Part shown: positions 6,920 to 16,503 of the stretch, piece by piece
How positions within the stretch are numbered: position 1 is the first letter of the stretch
Layout: each line of letters starts with the position of its first letter
DNA from: Candidatus Woesearchaeota archaeon
GTDB lineage: Archaea > Nanobdellota > Nanobdellia > Woesearchaeales > SKGA01
Direction: 5' to 3'
Assembly: GCA_007117735.1 (NCBI GenBank)
Contig: SKGA01000030.1
Location: 1-45,121, forward strand
Length of the DNA stretch: 45,121 nt
Program-made: the position numbers and the translations under genes
The notes under the pieces: model-generated
The model's input: only the letters and a program-made list of their open reading frames with translations
What the model was told of the DNA's origin: nothing
Databases searched by the model: none

Positions 6920-9388
6920 ATGGAAGAAGAACAAAAACGAGATCATATTATTTCAGCAGTCATTGAAGACGAGATGAAAACTGCATACTTAGACTATGCG
7001 ATGTCCGTTATTATTGGACGAGCACTACCTGATGTTCGAGACGGACTCAAACCCGTACACCGAAGAATTCTTTTTGCAATGAATGAGATGGGAATTTTCC
7101 ATAACAAAGGATACAAAAAGAGTGCAAGAATTGTAGGAGAAGTACTTGGGAAATACCACCCACATGGCGATAGTGCAGTCTATGATAGTTTAGTGCGAAT
7201 GGCACAAAATTTTTCCTTACGATACCCTTTGATTAACGGACAAGGAAACTTTGGAAGTGTAGATGGCGACCGTGCAGCAGCAATGCGTTACACAGAAGCA
7301 AAACTTCACAAAATAAGTAGTGAATTATTAAAAGATATTGAAAAAGAAACAGTAAACTTTAGAGATAATTTTGACGACACGCTCCAAGAACCAACTGTCC
7401 TTCCAACAAAAATTCCTAATCTTCTTATCAACGGTTCATCAGGAATCGCAGTAGGAATGGCAACAAATATTCCACCGCACAATATGAGCGAAGTAGTAAG
7501 CGGCGTTATTGCATTATTAGATAATGAGGACGTAGAAATTACTGAACTTCTTAAACATGTAAAAGGACCGGACTTTCCAACAGGAGGAATTCTCACCGGA
7601 AAAAACGGCATCTTAGAAGCATACCATAAAGGGAAAGGAAAAGTTCGAGTAAAAGCAGTTATGCATGAAGAACAAATAAGAAATAGAAACACACTTATTG
7701 TAACAGAAATCCCTTACCAAGTAAATAAATCATCCTTATTAGAACAAATAGCAGACGCCGTACGAGATAAACGAATAGAAGGAATAAACGATATTCGAGA
7801 CGAATCAGATCGAACAGGAACACGAATTGTTATCGAACTAAAAAAAGATGCAAATGCAGACGTTGTGAAAAATCATTTATACAAACACTCACGAATGCAA
7901 ACAACACAAAGTATCAATCTTTTAGCACTAGTAGATAATCAACCAAAAGTACTCAACCTGAAACAAATTCTTGAAGAATTTATCAAACATCGAAAAGAAG
8001 TGGTAACCAGAAGAACAGCATTTGACTTGAAAAAAGCACAAGCAAAAGCACACCTTCTAGAAGGACTCACTATCGCACTCAATCACTTAGATGATGTTAT
8101 TGCATTAATTAAACGATCAGCAAGTGCAAAGGAAGCAAAAGAAGGACTCATGCAAACCTACGAGCTTTCTGAATTACAAGCACAAGCAATCCTTGATATG
8201 AAGTTACAAAAATTAACCAATCTTGAACAAGATAAAATTAAAACAGACTATCAAGAAACACTAGAACTCATTGCGCGACTTGAAGAATTATTAGGAAGCG
8301 AAACGCTCATCAAACAAGTTATTAAAGAAGAACTTGAAGAGATGAAAGAAAGTTATGGTGATGAACGAAAAACTGTAATTAGCGATGTGGATGATGACGA
8401 TATCGAAGATGAAGACTTAATCGCAGAAAGTGAACAAGTAGTGACAATAACAAAATCAGGATACGCAAAACGAATCGCTATTGATACGTACAAAGTCCAA
8501 AATAGAGGTGGAAAAGGAATTATTGGAACAAGAATGAAAGAAGAAGATGTGGTAGAACACCTTTTTGTAGCAAACACCCACTCCTATCTCCTAATTATTA
8601 CCGACCGTGGACAAGTACATTGGTTAAAAGTCTATAAATTACCAGAAGGAAGTCGAACATCAAAAGGAAAAGCACTTGTTAACCTCGTTCAATTAGAAAA
8701 AGAAGAACAAGTTGCAGCAGTTATTCCTGTACGAGAATTTGATGCACAACATTACTTATTTATGGCAACCAAGAATGGTGTTGTGAAAAAGACGAATCTT
8801 GAAGCGTACTCCAGACCACGAAGTAATGGAATTATTGGAATCAACCTTGATGAAGACGACCGAGTCATTGCAGTAGTAAAAACTGACGGAAAACAAAACA
8901 TCCTTCTTGCAACAAAATTAGGACAAGCAGTTCGATTCAATGAACAAGATGCTCGACCAATTGGAAGAACAAGCCGAGGAGTAAAAGGAATAACGCTGGC
9001 AAAGAACGATGAAGTTATTGGAATGATTCTTGTAGAAGATGAACAAACCATTCTGACCGTTACAGAAAACGGCTATGGAAAACGAACACCAGTCACCGAA
9101 TACCGACTTATTAATCGAGGAGGAAAAGGTGTACGAAATATTGTGTGTAGTGAACGAAACGGATCCGTAGCTCGAGTACGAGCACTGCACGGAAATGAAG
9201 ATCTCTTACTTATTTCTCGACAAGGAATTATCATGAGAACAAACAGCGAACAAATTAGCGTTATAGGAAGAAATACGCAAGGAGTTCGAATCATGAAACT
9301 TCGAGAAGACGATTGTGTAACAAGTATTGCTAAAATCGAACACGACGAAGACGATATCACACTTGAAGGTGAAGAAACAACACCATGA
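6920..9388 (+). CDS. gyrA: DNA gyrase subunit A
   Basis: 822 aa. Contains [46 protein letters not shown] and the catalytic-Tyr block [10 protein letters not shown], plus C-terminal beta-pinwheel repeats. Confidence 0.95.
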   Translation: MEEEQKRDHIISAVIEDEMKTAYLDYAMSVIIGRALPDVRDGLKPVHRRILFAMNEMGIFHNKGYKKSARIVGEVLGKYHPHGDSAVYDSLVRMAQNFSLRYPLINGQGNFGSVDGDRAAAMRYTEAKLHKISSELLKDIEKETVNFRDNFDDTLQEPTVLPTKIPNLLINGSSGIAVGMATNIPPHNMSEVVSGVIALLDNEDVEITELLKHVKGPDFPTGGILTGKNGILEAYHKGKGKVRVKAVMHEEQIRNRNTLIVTEIPYQVNKSSLLEQIADAVRDKRIEGINDIRDESDRTGTRIVIELKKDANADVVKNHLYKHSRMQTTQSINLLALVDNQPKVLNLKQILEEFIKHRKEVVTRRTAFDLKKAQAKAHLLEGLTIALNHLDDVIALIKRSASAKEAKEGLMQTYELSELQAQAILDMKLQKLTNLEQDKIKTDYQETLELIARLEELLGSETLIKQVIKEELEEMKESYGDERKTVISDVDDDDIEDEDLIAESEQVVTITKSGYAKRIAIDTYKVQNRGGKGIIGTRMKEEDVVEHLFVANTHSYLLIITDRGQVHWLKVYKLPEGSRTSKGKALVNLVQLEKEEQVAAVIPVREFDAQHYLFMATKNGVVKKTNLEAYSRPRSNGIIGINLDEDDRVIAVVKTDGKQNILLATKLGQAVRFNEQDARPIGRTSRGVKGITLAKNDEVIGMILVEDEQTILTVTENGYGKRTPVTEYRLINRGGKGVRNIVCSERNGSVARVRALHGNEDLLLISRQGIIMRTNSEQISVIGRNTQGVRIMKLREDDCVTSIAKIEHDEDDITLEGEETTP

Positions 9389-9879
9389 TTGAAGAAGAAC
9401 GATTGCGTGCAAAAGGATGGAGTGAGAAGGATATAGCTCACGCTCAAACCATTCTGAAACAACAATACGAAGAAAACGAAAAGAAAGAAATATTTTACGA
9501 ACATGTGATTCTTTATTTTTCAATACTGCTCGTATTACTCGCGACCGTTGTAGGATCATGGATGTTTATCCCGCTTCTTATTATTATGACACCAACAGTA
9601 CAAATAATAACACTTATCGTGGTAGGAATTGCAGTGGGAAGCTTTGTAGGGTATGGAATACGAACGAATAGGTACTTGCAAGAACACCATCACGGACTTA
9701 TTATGTTTCTTTTACCAATCCTCACCATTGTAGCGACTATTTTTATTGGCGGAGAAATACATTTTGTTCATGAAGCAATAGAACAAACAACACGATTACT
9801 CTCACCATTAGTACTTGCAACCATTTACGGTTTTAGCACCATCGGAAGTTACGTGCTAGTATTACGAGGAAGAAAATGA
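9385..9879 (+). CDS. Hypothetical membrane protein (about 4 TM)
   Basis: ATGA overlap with the gyrA stop. A soluble N-terminal ~35 aa is followed by four hydrophobic helices. Confidence 0.55.
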   Translation: MIEEERLRAKGWSEKDIAHAQTILKQQYEENEKKEIFYEHVILYFSILLVLLATVVGSWMFIPLLIIMTPTVQIITLIVVGIAVGSFVGYGIRTNRYLQEHHHGLIMFLLPILTIVATIFIGGEIHFVHEAIEQTTRLLSPLVLATIYGFSTIGSYVLVLRGRK

Positions 9880-10259
9880 ATTTGAAAGAATGGACAAAAG
9901 AATTTATTCGATTCAAAGATTGTATGAAACGACAAATCATTACTCTAGAAGAAACAGAGAAAGGGTTTCTGGTAGAGGAAAAGAAAGAAGTGAAACACTA
10001 CCTTGTACAAGAAGATCTGACCTTGCCAGAAGAAAGAAGTGAGAAAACATTTATTATGACCATGCATACAAAAGAGAATGTGCAAGTATTAAAAGATCAA
10101 TGGGAAGTATTTGCCAAAGAAAAAACACTCACCATTTATTTTGTTAACATAAAAACAAATGAAAAATGGCATATTCAACCATACATTCACGCAAAGATAA
10201 CAGAAGATATTGAAAAAAGCATCGATATCCTTTCTGAACAAATACAGGTTTATTTATGA
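9876..10259 (+). CDS. Hypothetical protein (127 aa)
   Basis: Coupled by 4-nt overlaps on both sides (membrane protein upstream, radB downstream). No family recognised. Confidence 0.5.
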   Translation: MNLKEWTKEFIRFKDCMKRQIITLEETEKGFLVEEKKEVKHYLVQEDLTLPEERSEKTFIMTMHTKENVQVLKDQWEVFAKEKTLTIYFVNIKTNEKWHIQPYIHAKITEDIEKSIDILSEQIQVYL

Positions 10260-10960
10260 AAACAAAAATAACAACAGGAACAGAGAGTTTTGATTGGCTC
10301 TTAGAAGGAGGGTATGAAAAAGAAGTTATTACCACTGTCTACGGTCCTGCAGGAAGCGGTAAAACAAATCTTTGTTTACTCTGCGCAAGCGCAATACAAG
10401 AAAAAAAAGTAATCTATATTGACACCGAAGGATCCTTCTCTCTCTCACGATTCAGACAAATCACCGATAATGTTGAAGAAAAACTAGAACATATTATCAT
10501 CTTTAAACCAACAACGTTTCAGGAGCAAAAACAAGCCTTTCAAGAGCTTAAAAAAATAAACCATGCAAATACTGCAATTATTATTGTTGACTCCATAGCG
10601 ATGCTTTATCGCCTTGAGATGGGACAAACAAAGAACGTCTATGAAGTAAACCGACAATTAGGAATGCAACTCTCCCTATTAACAGAAATTGCAAGAAAAA
10701 ACAACATTCCCATTTTACTCACAAACCAAGTCTACAAAGACTTTGAAGACAAAGATAAAATAAATATTGTAGGTGGAGACTTACTTAAATATCAAAGTAA
10801 ATGTTTAATTGAATTACAAATACAACCTGATGGAACACGAAAAGCGATTATCAAAAAACATCGAAGTATAGAAGAAAATAAATCAATTTTATTTAAAATT
10901 GTCAATTTAGGATTTGAACTCGTAGAGGAAGAAGATGAAGAAACAAACACTTCTTTTTGA
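10256..10960 (+). CDS. radB: RadB-like recombinase paralogue (RecA/RadA superfamily ATPase)
   Basis: Contains TGTESFDWLLEGGYEKEVITTVYGPAGSGKTNLCL (Walker A), IYIDTEG, and IIIVDSI (Walker B). It lacks the N-terminal HhH domain of RadA. Confidence 0.8.
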   Translation: MKTKITTGTESFDWLLEGGYEKEVITTVYGPAGSGKTNLCLLCASAIQEKKVIYIDTEGSFSLSRFRQITDNVEEKLEHIIIFKPTTFQEQKQAFQELKKINHANTAIIIVDSIAMLYRLEMGQTKNVYEVNRQLGMQLSLLTEIARKNNIPILLTNQVYKDFEDKDKINIVGGDLLKYQSKCLIELQIQPDGTRKAIIKKHRSIEENKSILFKIVNLGFELVEEEDEETNTSF

Positions 10961-11543
10961 TTTTGACGGAACACTTATTGACAGTCAAGGAATCATACAA
11001 CGATACGTAGAACATTTATTTAAAGAATATCAAGTCATTCTTAGCGAAGAAGAAAACTTTGCGACACAAGGAATGAGCATCACCTCATTTGCACAATGGA
11101 TCGAAAAACATAAAAAAATTGTTATACCTGAAGAAGAACTTACTGTCACTGATCCAAACTATCTTGAGCGAATACAACCATTTCCAGGAATACAATCAAC
11201 ACTCGCGCTCTTAAAAAGTAAAAAATACAAAATGGCGATTGTAAGTAATTCGCCACGAGAATATGTAGAACTGTTATTACGAAAATATAATCTCGAACAT
11301 TATTTTGGCTCCGTAATCACCGAGGATGAAGCTCCGCCAAAACCCAACCCGCAAATGCTAAGCATGGCGATGAACGAACTAGAAGTAACAAGCGAAGACT
11401 GTGTAATGATAGATGATAATGCTCCAGGAATCGAAGCAGCAAACAATCTAGGAATTTACACGGTAAGAATAGGAAAAGAACAAGGAGCAGCAAATGAACG
11501 AATAAACAGCGTTGAAGAATTACTAGAAATTTTAGAAAAATAA
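10935..11543 (+). CDS. HAD-superfamily hydrolase (subfamily IA, phosphatase-like)
   Basis: Has LLFDFDGTLIDS (motif I, DxDGT), VSNS (motif II), and a K...MIDDN motif III/IV. Its start overlaps radB by 26 nt. Confidence 0.8.
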   Translation: MKKQTLLFDFDGTLIDSQGIIQRYVEHLFKEYQVILSEEENFATQGMSITSFAQWIEKHKKIVIPEEELTVTDPNYLERIQPFPGIQSTLALLKSKKYKMAIVSNSPREYVELLLRKYNLEHYFGSVITEDEAPPKPNPQMLSMAMNELEVTSEDCVMIDDNAPGIEAANNLGIYTVRIGKEQGAANERINSVEELLEILEK

Positions 11544-11567
11544 GAGGTTAAAAAACCTCAAAAAAAA
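11544..11567. terminator. Hairpin plus A/T run between convergent HAD and rps2 genes
   Basis: GAGGTT-AAAA-AACCTC is followed by A8, which reads as T8 on the minus strand just after the rps2 stop. Confidence 0.45.
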
Positions 11568-11570
11568 TGT

Positions 11571-12170
11571 TTACTCCTCAGAAAAATCTTCAGGAGTTTT
11601 ATCAAATGCTTGATTTTCATTAATTAACCCTTTTAACTCAAGGAACTTCTTAGCAAGAAGATAAAAAACTAAACCTAAACTTTTCTTTCCTTTATTATTA
11701 CAAGGAATAACGAAATCAACATTATTAACAGGATTGTTCGTGTCACATAAAGCAACAACAGGAATACCCATATTAACTGCGTCTTTTACCGCGTTCTTAT
11801 CAGGACCAACATCAGTCACCAACATGATTTTTCCTTCAATAAAGTCTTTTAATTGAGGATTAGTTAGAACACCAGGCGGGTAACGACCAGCAAAGTATTT
11901 TGTACCAGTTAAACTTGCAAACATACGAACAGGTCTCCAACCATTTTCTCGACGAGAAACAACAATGATATCCTCAGGATCGTACTTTGCCAATAATTGA
12001 GCAGCAAGTAAAATTCGTTGATCGATTTCCTTAATGTTTAATACGGACAATCCATCAGTTCGTGTTTTGTAGATGAACTTTTCCATATATTTTGTTCGGA
12101 ACTTTGTACCAATATGAATACCTGATTTTAAGTATTCTTCTGTTTGAATTAACGTAGTTTCTTCTGACAT
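11571..12170 (-). CDS. rps2: 30S ribosomal protein uS2
   Basis: Contains LKSGIHIGTKFRTKYMEKFIYKTRTDGLSVLNI and VVALCDTN, typical of archaeal S2. Confidence 0.9.
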   Translation of the reverse strand: MSEETTLIQTEEYLKSGIHIGTKFRTKYMEKFIYKTRTDGLSVLNIKEIDQRILLAAQLLAKYDPEDIIVVSRRENGWRPVRMFASLTGTKYFAGRYPPGVLTNPQLKDFIEGKIMLVTDVGPDKNAVKDAVNMGIPVVALCDTNNPVNNVDFVIPCNNKGKKSLGLVFYLLAKKFLELKGLINENQAFDKTPEDFSEE

Positions 12171-12309
12171 TTTATTAAACCGTCTGCGCGTAAGAATTAG
12201 ATCTTAGCACATTTTTCACCCGTGCATATGTGAAAAAGCATGAAGCAAAAAGCCAGGCATACACCTTTACTTTTTCACTAGGTTATGAAAAAAAGAAAAG
12301 AAGACTCAT

Positions 12310-12636
12310 TTATAAAAGTTCGTCTTCTTCATCATCAGCCCCAAAGTCCTCAGAATCATTCTCTGTGGTTAATAATTCCTTGATTTCAGGGTCAACTTCT
12401 TCCTTTTTAGGAGCAAAAGGGTTCTTAGGAGGATCAAGTTTCTCAACCAACTCTCCAAAAGCAACTTTTGCAAGAACTTTCGTTATTTTGATACGAATAT
12501 AATCGCCTTTTTTCACTCCAGGGACAAAAACAACAAATCCATTGATTCGTAAAATTCCGTCACCCTTCTCACCTACATTCTCAACGAATGCGGTATGTTT
12601 TTCTCCTTCAGATACAGGTGGTGTTTTTTGATTCAT
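12310..12636 (-). CDS. TRAM-domain protein (small RNA-binding protein) with acidic tail
   Basis: Contains ENVGEKGDGILRINGFVVFVPGVKKGDYIRIKITKV, a TRAM beta-barrel signature. A GAGGT Shine-Dalgarno site lies upstream. Confidence 0.75.
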   Translation of the reverse strand: MNQKTPPVSEGEKHTAFVENVGEKGDGILRINGFVVFVPGVKKGDYIRIKITKVLAKVAFGELVEKLDPPKNPFAPKKEEVDPEIKELLTTENDSEDFGADDEEDELL

Positions 12637-12667
12637 AGTTAGAAAACCTCAAAAAAAAGAAAAAAAA

Positions 12668-13480
12668 TCATTGTTTAAGTGGCTTTAATGTAGTCCAAGC
12701 CATATCAAACAATTGATCAAGCGCCTTAGCAAAGAACGGCGTATTTACCCAGATACCAATATCGTAGGTCGGGTGTACATGATCATCATGCATAACCATA
12801 AACAATACTTCAGTACCATCAACGATGATAAATCGAGCATCAATATGATCGATGTTTCTTAGTTCTGCAACGCCTTCAAGATCTTTAGCAACCTCTTTTG
12901 CACCATCAGAATCAAGCGGAGCAGCAATTCTAATTTTTACTCCTCGCTTTTTTAATTCCTCAAGTGTAGGTTTTAATGCCTCAACCTTTCGAATAAGACC
13001 TTGAGCAGTAGACATAATGGTAACTGATTCTTCAGCACCACGAATAGTAAATTCCATGTGATTGTATAAATTCATACGACCTCGAAGAGAACCAGAAAGA
13101 TCAGTTGGTTCAACAAGTTCAACGCCTTGAGTATGAAGAGAACTTAACTCATCAAGAAGGTCGGTTTCTTTAAGATCATCTAATTTTTTAATATGAGATT
13201 CAGTGTCAGATAGTAAATTTTTCTTTACGCGTTCTAAAACTTCATGAGGAGGCACTGCAATGTATTTAATTGGCTTACCAATCTTCATAACAACAAAACC
13301 TTTTTTCTCCAAAGATTCTAGAACATCATAGCTTCTACTACGTGGAACATTAGCAATGTCGGATAATTCTCCAGCAGTACTTACACCTCTACTGAGTAAT
13401 GCCGTCCACACTTTTGCCTCGTATAAATTAAGCGAAAAGTAGCGTCGAAGCTTACCTAAAAATTCATCTTTTACTATCAT
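12668..13480 (-). CDS. TrmB-family transcriptional regulator
   Basis: N-terminal wHTH LYEAKVWTALLSRGVSTAGELSDIANVPRSRSYDVLESLEKKGFV plus a C-terminal effector-type domain. GGAGG Shine-Dalgarno site and TATA (CATATAAATAG) in the 89-nt upstream gap. Confidence 0.8.
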   Translation of the reverse strand: MIVKDEFLGKLRRYFSLNLYEAKVWTALLSRGVSTAGELSDIANVPRSRSYDVLESLEKKGFVVMKIGKPIKYIAVPPHEVLERVKKNLLSDTESHIKKLDDLKETDLLDELSSLHTQGVELVEPTDLSGSLRGRMNLYNHMEFTIRGAEESVTIMSTAQGLIRKVEALKPTLEELKKRGVKIRIAAPLDSDGAKEVAKDLEGVAELRNIDHIDARFIIVDGTEVLFMVMHDDHVHPTYDIGIWVNTPFFAKALDQLFDMAWTTLKPLKQ

Positions 13481-13569
13481 TTAAACTTTCCTCCAAAAAA
13501 GGACCTCACCTTTTCTAAACAAGACTTAGTTCTTACTACTATTTATATGTTACTATTTTTAACTCTATC

Positions 13570-14427
13570 TCAATAGTTACACCTTTTATCCGATGAGCAC
13601 GCGATAATATAACAAACTTCGTTAGAAAAAAAGAGAGTTTTGAATTCCCAATTCTGACGAGCGCAAAACTGCTCGAACCAAGAACGTTTAGAAATATCAA
13701 TTGCATTTTTTCCACCAATAGAAACTAAGGGAAAGGTAACTACAAGAAACGAACAAGAAAGAGAAGCAAGAAGTTTCTTAGAACTATGACGCTCTTGAGA
13801 TTCAAAAGAATCAAGCGCTTTGAATAAAAACACTACATCAAAAAAAGAATCTTTAATTTCCTCTTGAAACTCTTGACTGATAGCAGAAGCTGCAAAGGTT
13901 TTTCCTTGTAGAGAGCGAGAAGAGAAAAAAGATTGAATTGTATCCATGTCTTGAGAAGAAAGATCAGAAGCAACATAATACGTTGGAGGTCGAGGCATAT
14001 ATACTACAGCAAGAGGATTATAACCGCAAGCAATATCAAGAACAGAAAACTCTTGAGGTAAACCATTTGCATCTAAGACCTCGAAAATTTTTTGATAAAA
14101 CTCTTTGTAAAAAGATAAGCGTTCTTCAGTAGACCGATGAAGAGAAAGAAAGGAATCAACATCACCAGATTTTTGAAGATCAGTTTTATGAAGAGGACGA
14201 TGAAGAAATAAACCATACATGGTTCGAAGTTCTGAACGAATAAGACGAAACGACTCTTTTATTTTTTTATTACGAAGAGCTTGTTGAAACGAAGAATATT
14301 TTGAAAAATCAAAAGAAGAACAATGTTTTTTGATAAGAGGAAGAATAGTCGCGTCATCCAAAGAAGAAAGTTCTTTTTTTTCTTTAATATGCGCAAGCAT
14401 ATCTTGAAGAAATATCATATTTTCCAT
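13570..14427 (-). CDS. SAM-dependent methyltransferase resembling ArmA/Rmt (FmrO) 16S rRNA m7G1405 methyltransferases
   Basis: Collinear blocks HRSTEERL..FYQKIF, VLDIACGYNPLAV, FDVVFLFKAL, FLVVTFPLVSIGGK, SWFEQF and NEVCYII match my recollection of the ArmA/RmtB family. The start overlaps the pelota 3' end by 13 nt. Confidence 0.6.
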   Translation of the reverse strand: MENMIFLQDMLAHIKEKKELSSLDDATILPLIKKHCSSFDFSKYSSFQQALRNKKIKESFRLIRSELRTMYGLFLHRPLHKTDLQKSGDVDSFLSLHRSTEERLSFYKEFYQKIFEVLDANGLPQEFSVLDIACGYNPLAVVYMPRPPTYYVASDLSSQDMDTIQSFFSSRSLQGKTFAASAISQEFQEEIKDSFFDVVFLFKALDSFESQERHSSKKLLASLSCSFLVVTFPLVSIGGKNAIDISKRSWFEQFCARQNWEFKTLFFSNEVCYIIACSSDKRCNY

Positions 14428-15458
14428 CGAAGTATACCTACTACGCCACCAAGACCATCAATAGTCTGAACGAGATCAGGAGAAAAAATAATATGAACAT
14501 CCCCTTTAGCAGCATCAACGGATTGTAAGAGTTCATCAAGAGTCGCGAATAAACCTTCTTCTTTTTGTTTTTGCATGAAAGAATCGGAAACAAGAATGGA
14601 AGCAACAGCACCAATTTCTGCAGCTTTGGAAACGTCAGCAAGACCATAAGCAAGTTGTTCTTTAGCAAGAGCATGAATGGCAGCATCAACTTGTTCTTGT
14701 TCATGAGATAAACGTTGATCCTTGAGTAAAGATTTTAATTCTTGACGAGCAAGTAATTTTACAACCGCACCCTTATGAACAGCATGTGTTGTTACCATAA
14801 CAGATTTTTTCTTTAAATCAGCAGGAAGTTTTTTTTGAAGAGAAGAATGCCAAAAAGCAGGAGAAGCAAAAACAAGAGAAGAAATATCATTTGTTTGTAA
14901 AAGATTTTGCACCGAAGCAATTAATTCATCAACGATAGAATCTGAAGCAGAAGTAGCGTACTGTTTATTTTGCACCTCGGCCTTTGAAGAACCAAGATGA
15001 CGAATACCTTGTTGGGAAACTAAAGAATATAAAGCTTCTTCACGATCAAAAAGCACGACAAGAATATGTTGAGCAGTGTTTGCAGCAGCTTCTTCAAATT
15101 TTTTCTGAACATAAGAAGGCCAAGAAGGTTTTGTTAATGCTAACGTGTCATGAAGTTTGAAAGAAATACTATGAAACGAACCGATAGGAACATCATCATG
15201 TTCTTTTGCAACGGTACCTTTTACACGTAATTCATCAGAAGAAAAAGAAACATCCTCAACCGTAAGAGAGAGATGCATTATTTTACGGACAACAGAAGAA
15301 CGAGAGTCACTCCCATCACCGATTTTTATTTTTCGCTCAGTTTTGCCTTTCACGATATCTCCAGGAGAAATAATGTGAGAAAGATACCAAAAATCATCCT
15401 GTAAAGAGAGTTTTACAACAACATCTCCCTGGCGAAAATTCTTTTTTACAACAATCAT
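14415..15458 (-). CDS. pelA: Pelota (Dom34-like mRNA surveillance / ribosome rescue factor)
   Basis: Starts MIVVKKNFRQGDVVVKLSLQDDFWYLSHIISPGDIV, with an eRF1-like central and C-terminal domain. I chose the ATG at 15458 (347 aa). The tracked 30-aa hydrophobic extension begins upstream of the TATA box. Confidence 0.85.
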   Translation of the reverse strand: MIVVKKNFRQGDVVVKLSLQDDFWYLSHIISPGDIVKGKTERKIKIGDGSDSRSSVVRKIMHLSLTVEDVSFSSDELRVKGTVAKEHDDVPIGSFHSISFKLHDTLALTKPSWPSYVQKKFEEAAANTAQHILVVLFDREEALYSLVSQQGIRHLGSSKAEVQNKQYATSASDSIVDELIASVQNLLQTNDISSLVFASPAFWHSSLQKKLPADLKKKSVMVTTHAVHKGAVVKLLARQELKSLLKDQRLSHEQEQVDAAIHALAKEQLAYGLADVSKAAEIGAVASILVSDSFMQKQKEEGLFATLDELLQSVDAAKGDVHIIFSPDLVQTIDGLGGVVGILRWKI

Positions 15459-15480
15459 AGATAAGAAAAAAAGAAGAGAG

Positions 15481-15490
15481 TATAAAAAAG
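15481..15490 (-). promoter_or_regulatory. TATA-like box for pelota (leaderless)
   Basis: The reverse complement CTTTTTTATA is centred 27 nt upstream of the ATG at 15458. Confidence 0.4.
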
Positions 15491-15560
15491 TTACCTCTCC
15501 CAAGAAAAAAAGTAATAGATAACCATGCTCTTGAGAAAGAACAGGCACCTTAATTTAAAA

Positions 15561-16502
15561 CTAAACGTCTCGAATACCTTCAGTAACGATTTCAAAGACA
15601 CATTCACTATCAGGAAGATTTGGACTGTCGATAAGTTTACCAACACGAGTTCCCTTCTTACCTTTTCGTAAATAGACTCTAAATGTACTGTTATGGCCAA
15701 CGATGTTTCCACCAATAGCTTCAGTAGGATCTCCAAAGAACGCATCCGGCTTTGCCATTACTTGATTAGTTACATAAATGCAAAGATTATGAATATCAGC
15801 AATTTTTGCAAGCGTATGCATGTGTTTGTTTAGTTTTTGTTGTCGTTCTGCCAAAGTACCTCGACCAACAAACTCAGCTCGAAAATGAGCAGTAAGGCTA
15901 TCAACCACTACTAAACGAACAGCGTTACCGTCTTTAATTAACTCTTCAACTTTTTCAGCCAAAAGCATTTGATGATCAGAGTTAAATGCACGAGCAACTT
16001 TAATCCGTTTGAGAGTTTCTTCAGGATCAAGACCTAAACCAGTAGCTATTTGTTGAATTCTATCGGGACGAAAAGTATTTTCTGTATCGATAAAAACAGC
16101 AACCGCGTCAGGGTCGTTAACTTGACAACTCACACAAAGAACGTGAGCGATTTGTGTCTTTGAACTACCATACTGACCAAAACACTCGGAAATAGCTCCC
16201 GTTTCAAAGCCACCGCCAAGCATTTGATCAAAACTCTCACTACCTGTAGAAATTTTAATCACTTTTTTCCTTTTTTCAAAAACATCGTTTCCAGACTGGA
16301 AACCCATATCCATCATTGAACGAGCGGCTTGAATCATTTTTCTCGCAGCAGTTTCAGTAACACCTGAAGCATCGGTAAGTTCTCCAGGAGTTGCTACCGC
16401 GATAGCCATTAAATTATCAAAACCACCTAAGATTAGTTTTTCAGAGGTTGCTGCACCTACACCAGGTAAGTCTTCAATTCCTAATTCTTTTTTTGCAGCC
16501 AT
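15561..16502 (-). CDS. radA: DNA repair and recombination protein RadA
   Basis: Starts MAAKKELGIEDLPGVGAATSEKL (HhH domain). Contains GQYGSSKTQ (Walker A) and LVVVDSL (Walker B). The ATG at 16502 lies 1 nt after the upstream stop; an alternative ATG at 16517 would overlap the upstream gene by 14 nt. Confidence 0.95.
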   Translation of the reverse strand: MAAKKELGIEDLPGVGAATSEKLILGGFDNLMAIAVATPGELTDASGVTETAARKMIQAARSMMDMGFQSGNDVFEKRKKVIKISTGSESFDQMLGGGFETGAISECFGQYGSSKTQIAHVLCVSCQVNDPDAVAVFIDTENTFRPDRIQQIATGLGLDPEETLKRIKVARAFNSDHQMLLAEKVEELIKDGNAVRLVVVDSLTAHFRAEFVGRGTLAERQQKLNKHMHTLAKIADIHNLCIYVTNQVMAKPDAFFGDPTEAIGGNIVGHNSTFRVYLRKGKKGTRVGKLIDSPNLPDSECVFEIVTEGIRDV

Positions 16503-16503
16503 T

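Noticed and set aside
11554-11567. The motif AAAACCTCAAAAAAAA recurs at 11553-11567 and 12645-12660 and might be a dispersed repeat.
   Set aside because: On the minus strand it is just an oligo-T terminator run followed by a GAGGT Shine-Dalgarno-like sequence. It is a functional convergence of common signals, not a repeat family.
12230-12502. A 90-aa plus-strand ORF rich in Ser.
   Set aside because: It is antisense to the well-supported TRAM-domain gene and has a low-complexity translation. It has no Shine-Dalgarno site or promoter of its own.
15459-15548. A 30-aa hydrophobic N-terminal extension of pelota (MPVLSQEHGYLLLFFLG...).
   Set aside because: Pelota homologues start at MIVVKK-like sequence, and the extension covers the TATA-like box at 15481-15490. 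It is most likely non-coding promoter sequence.
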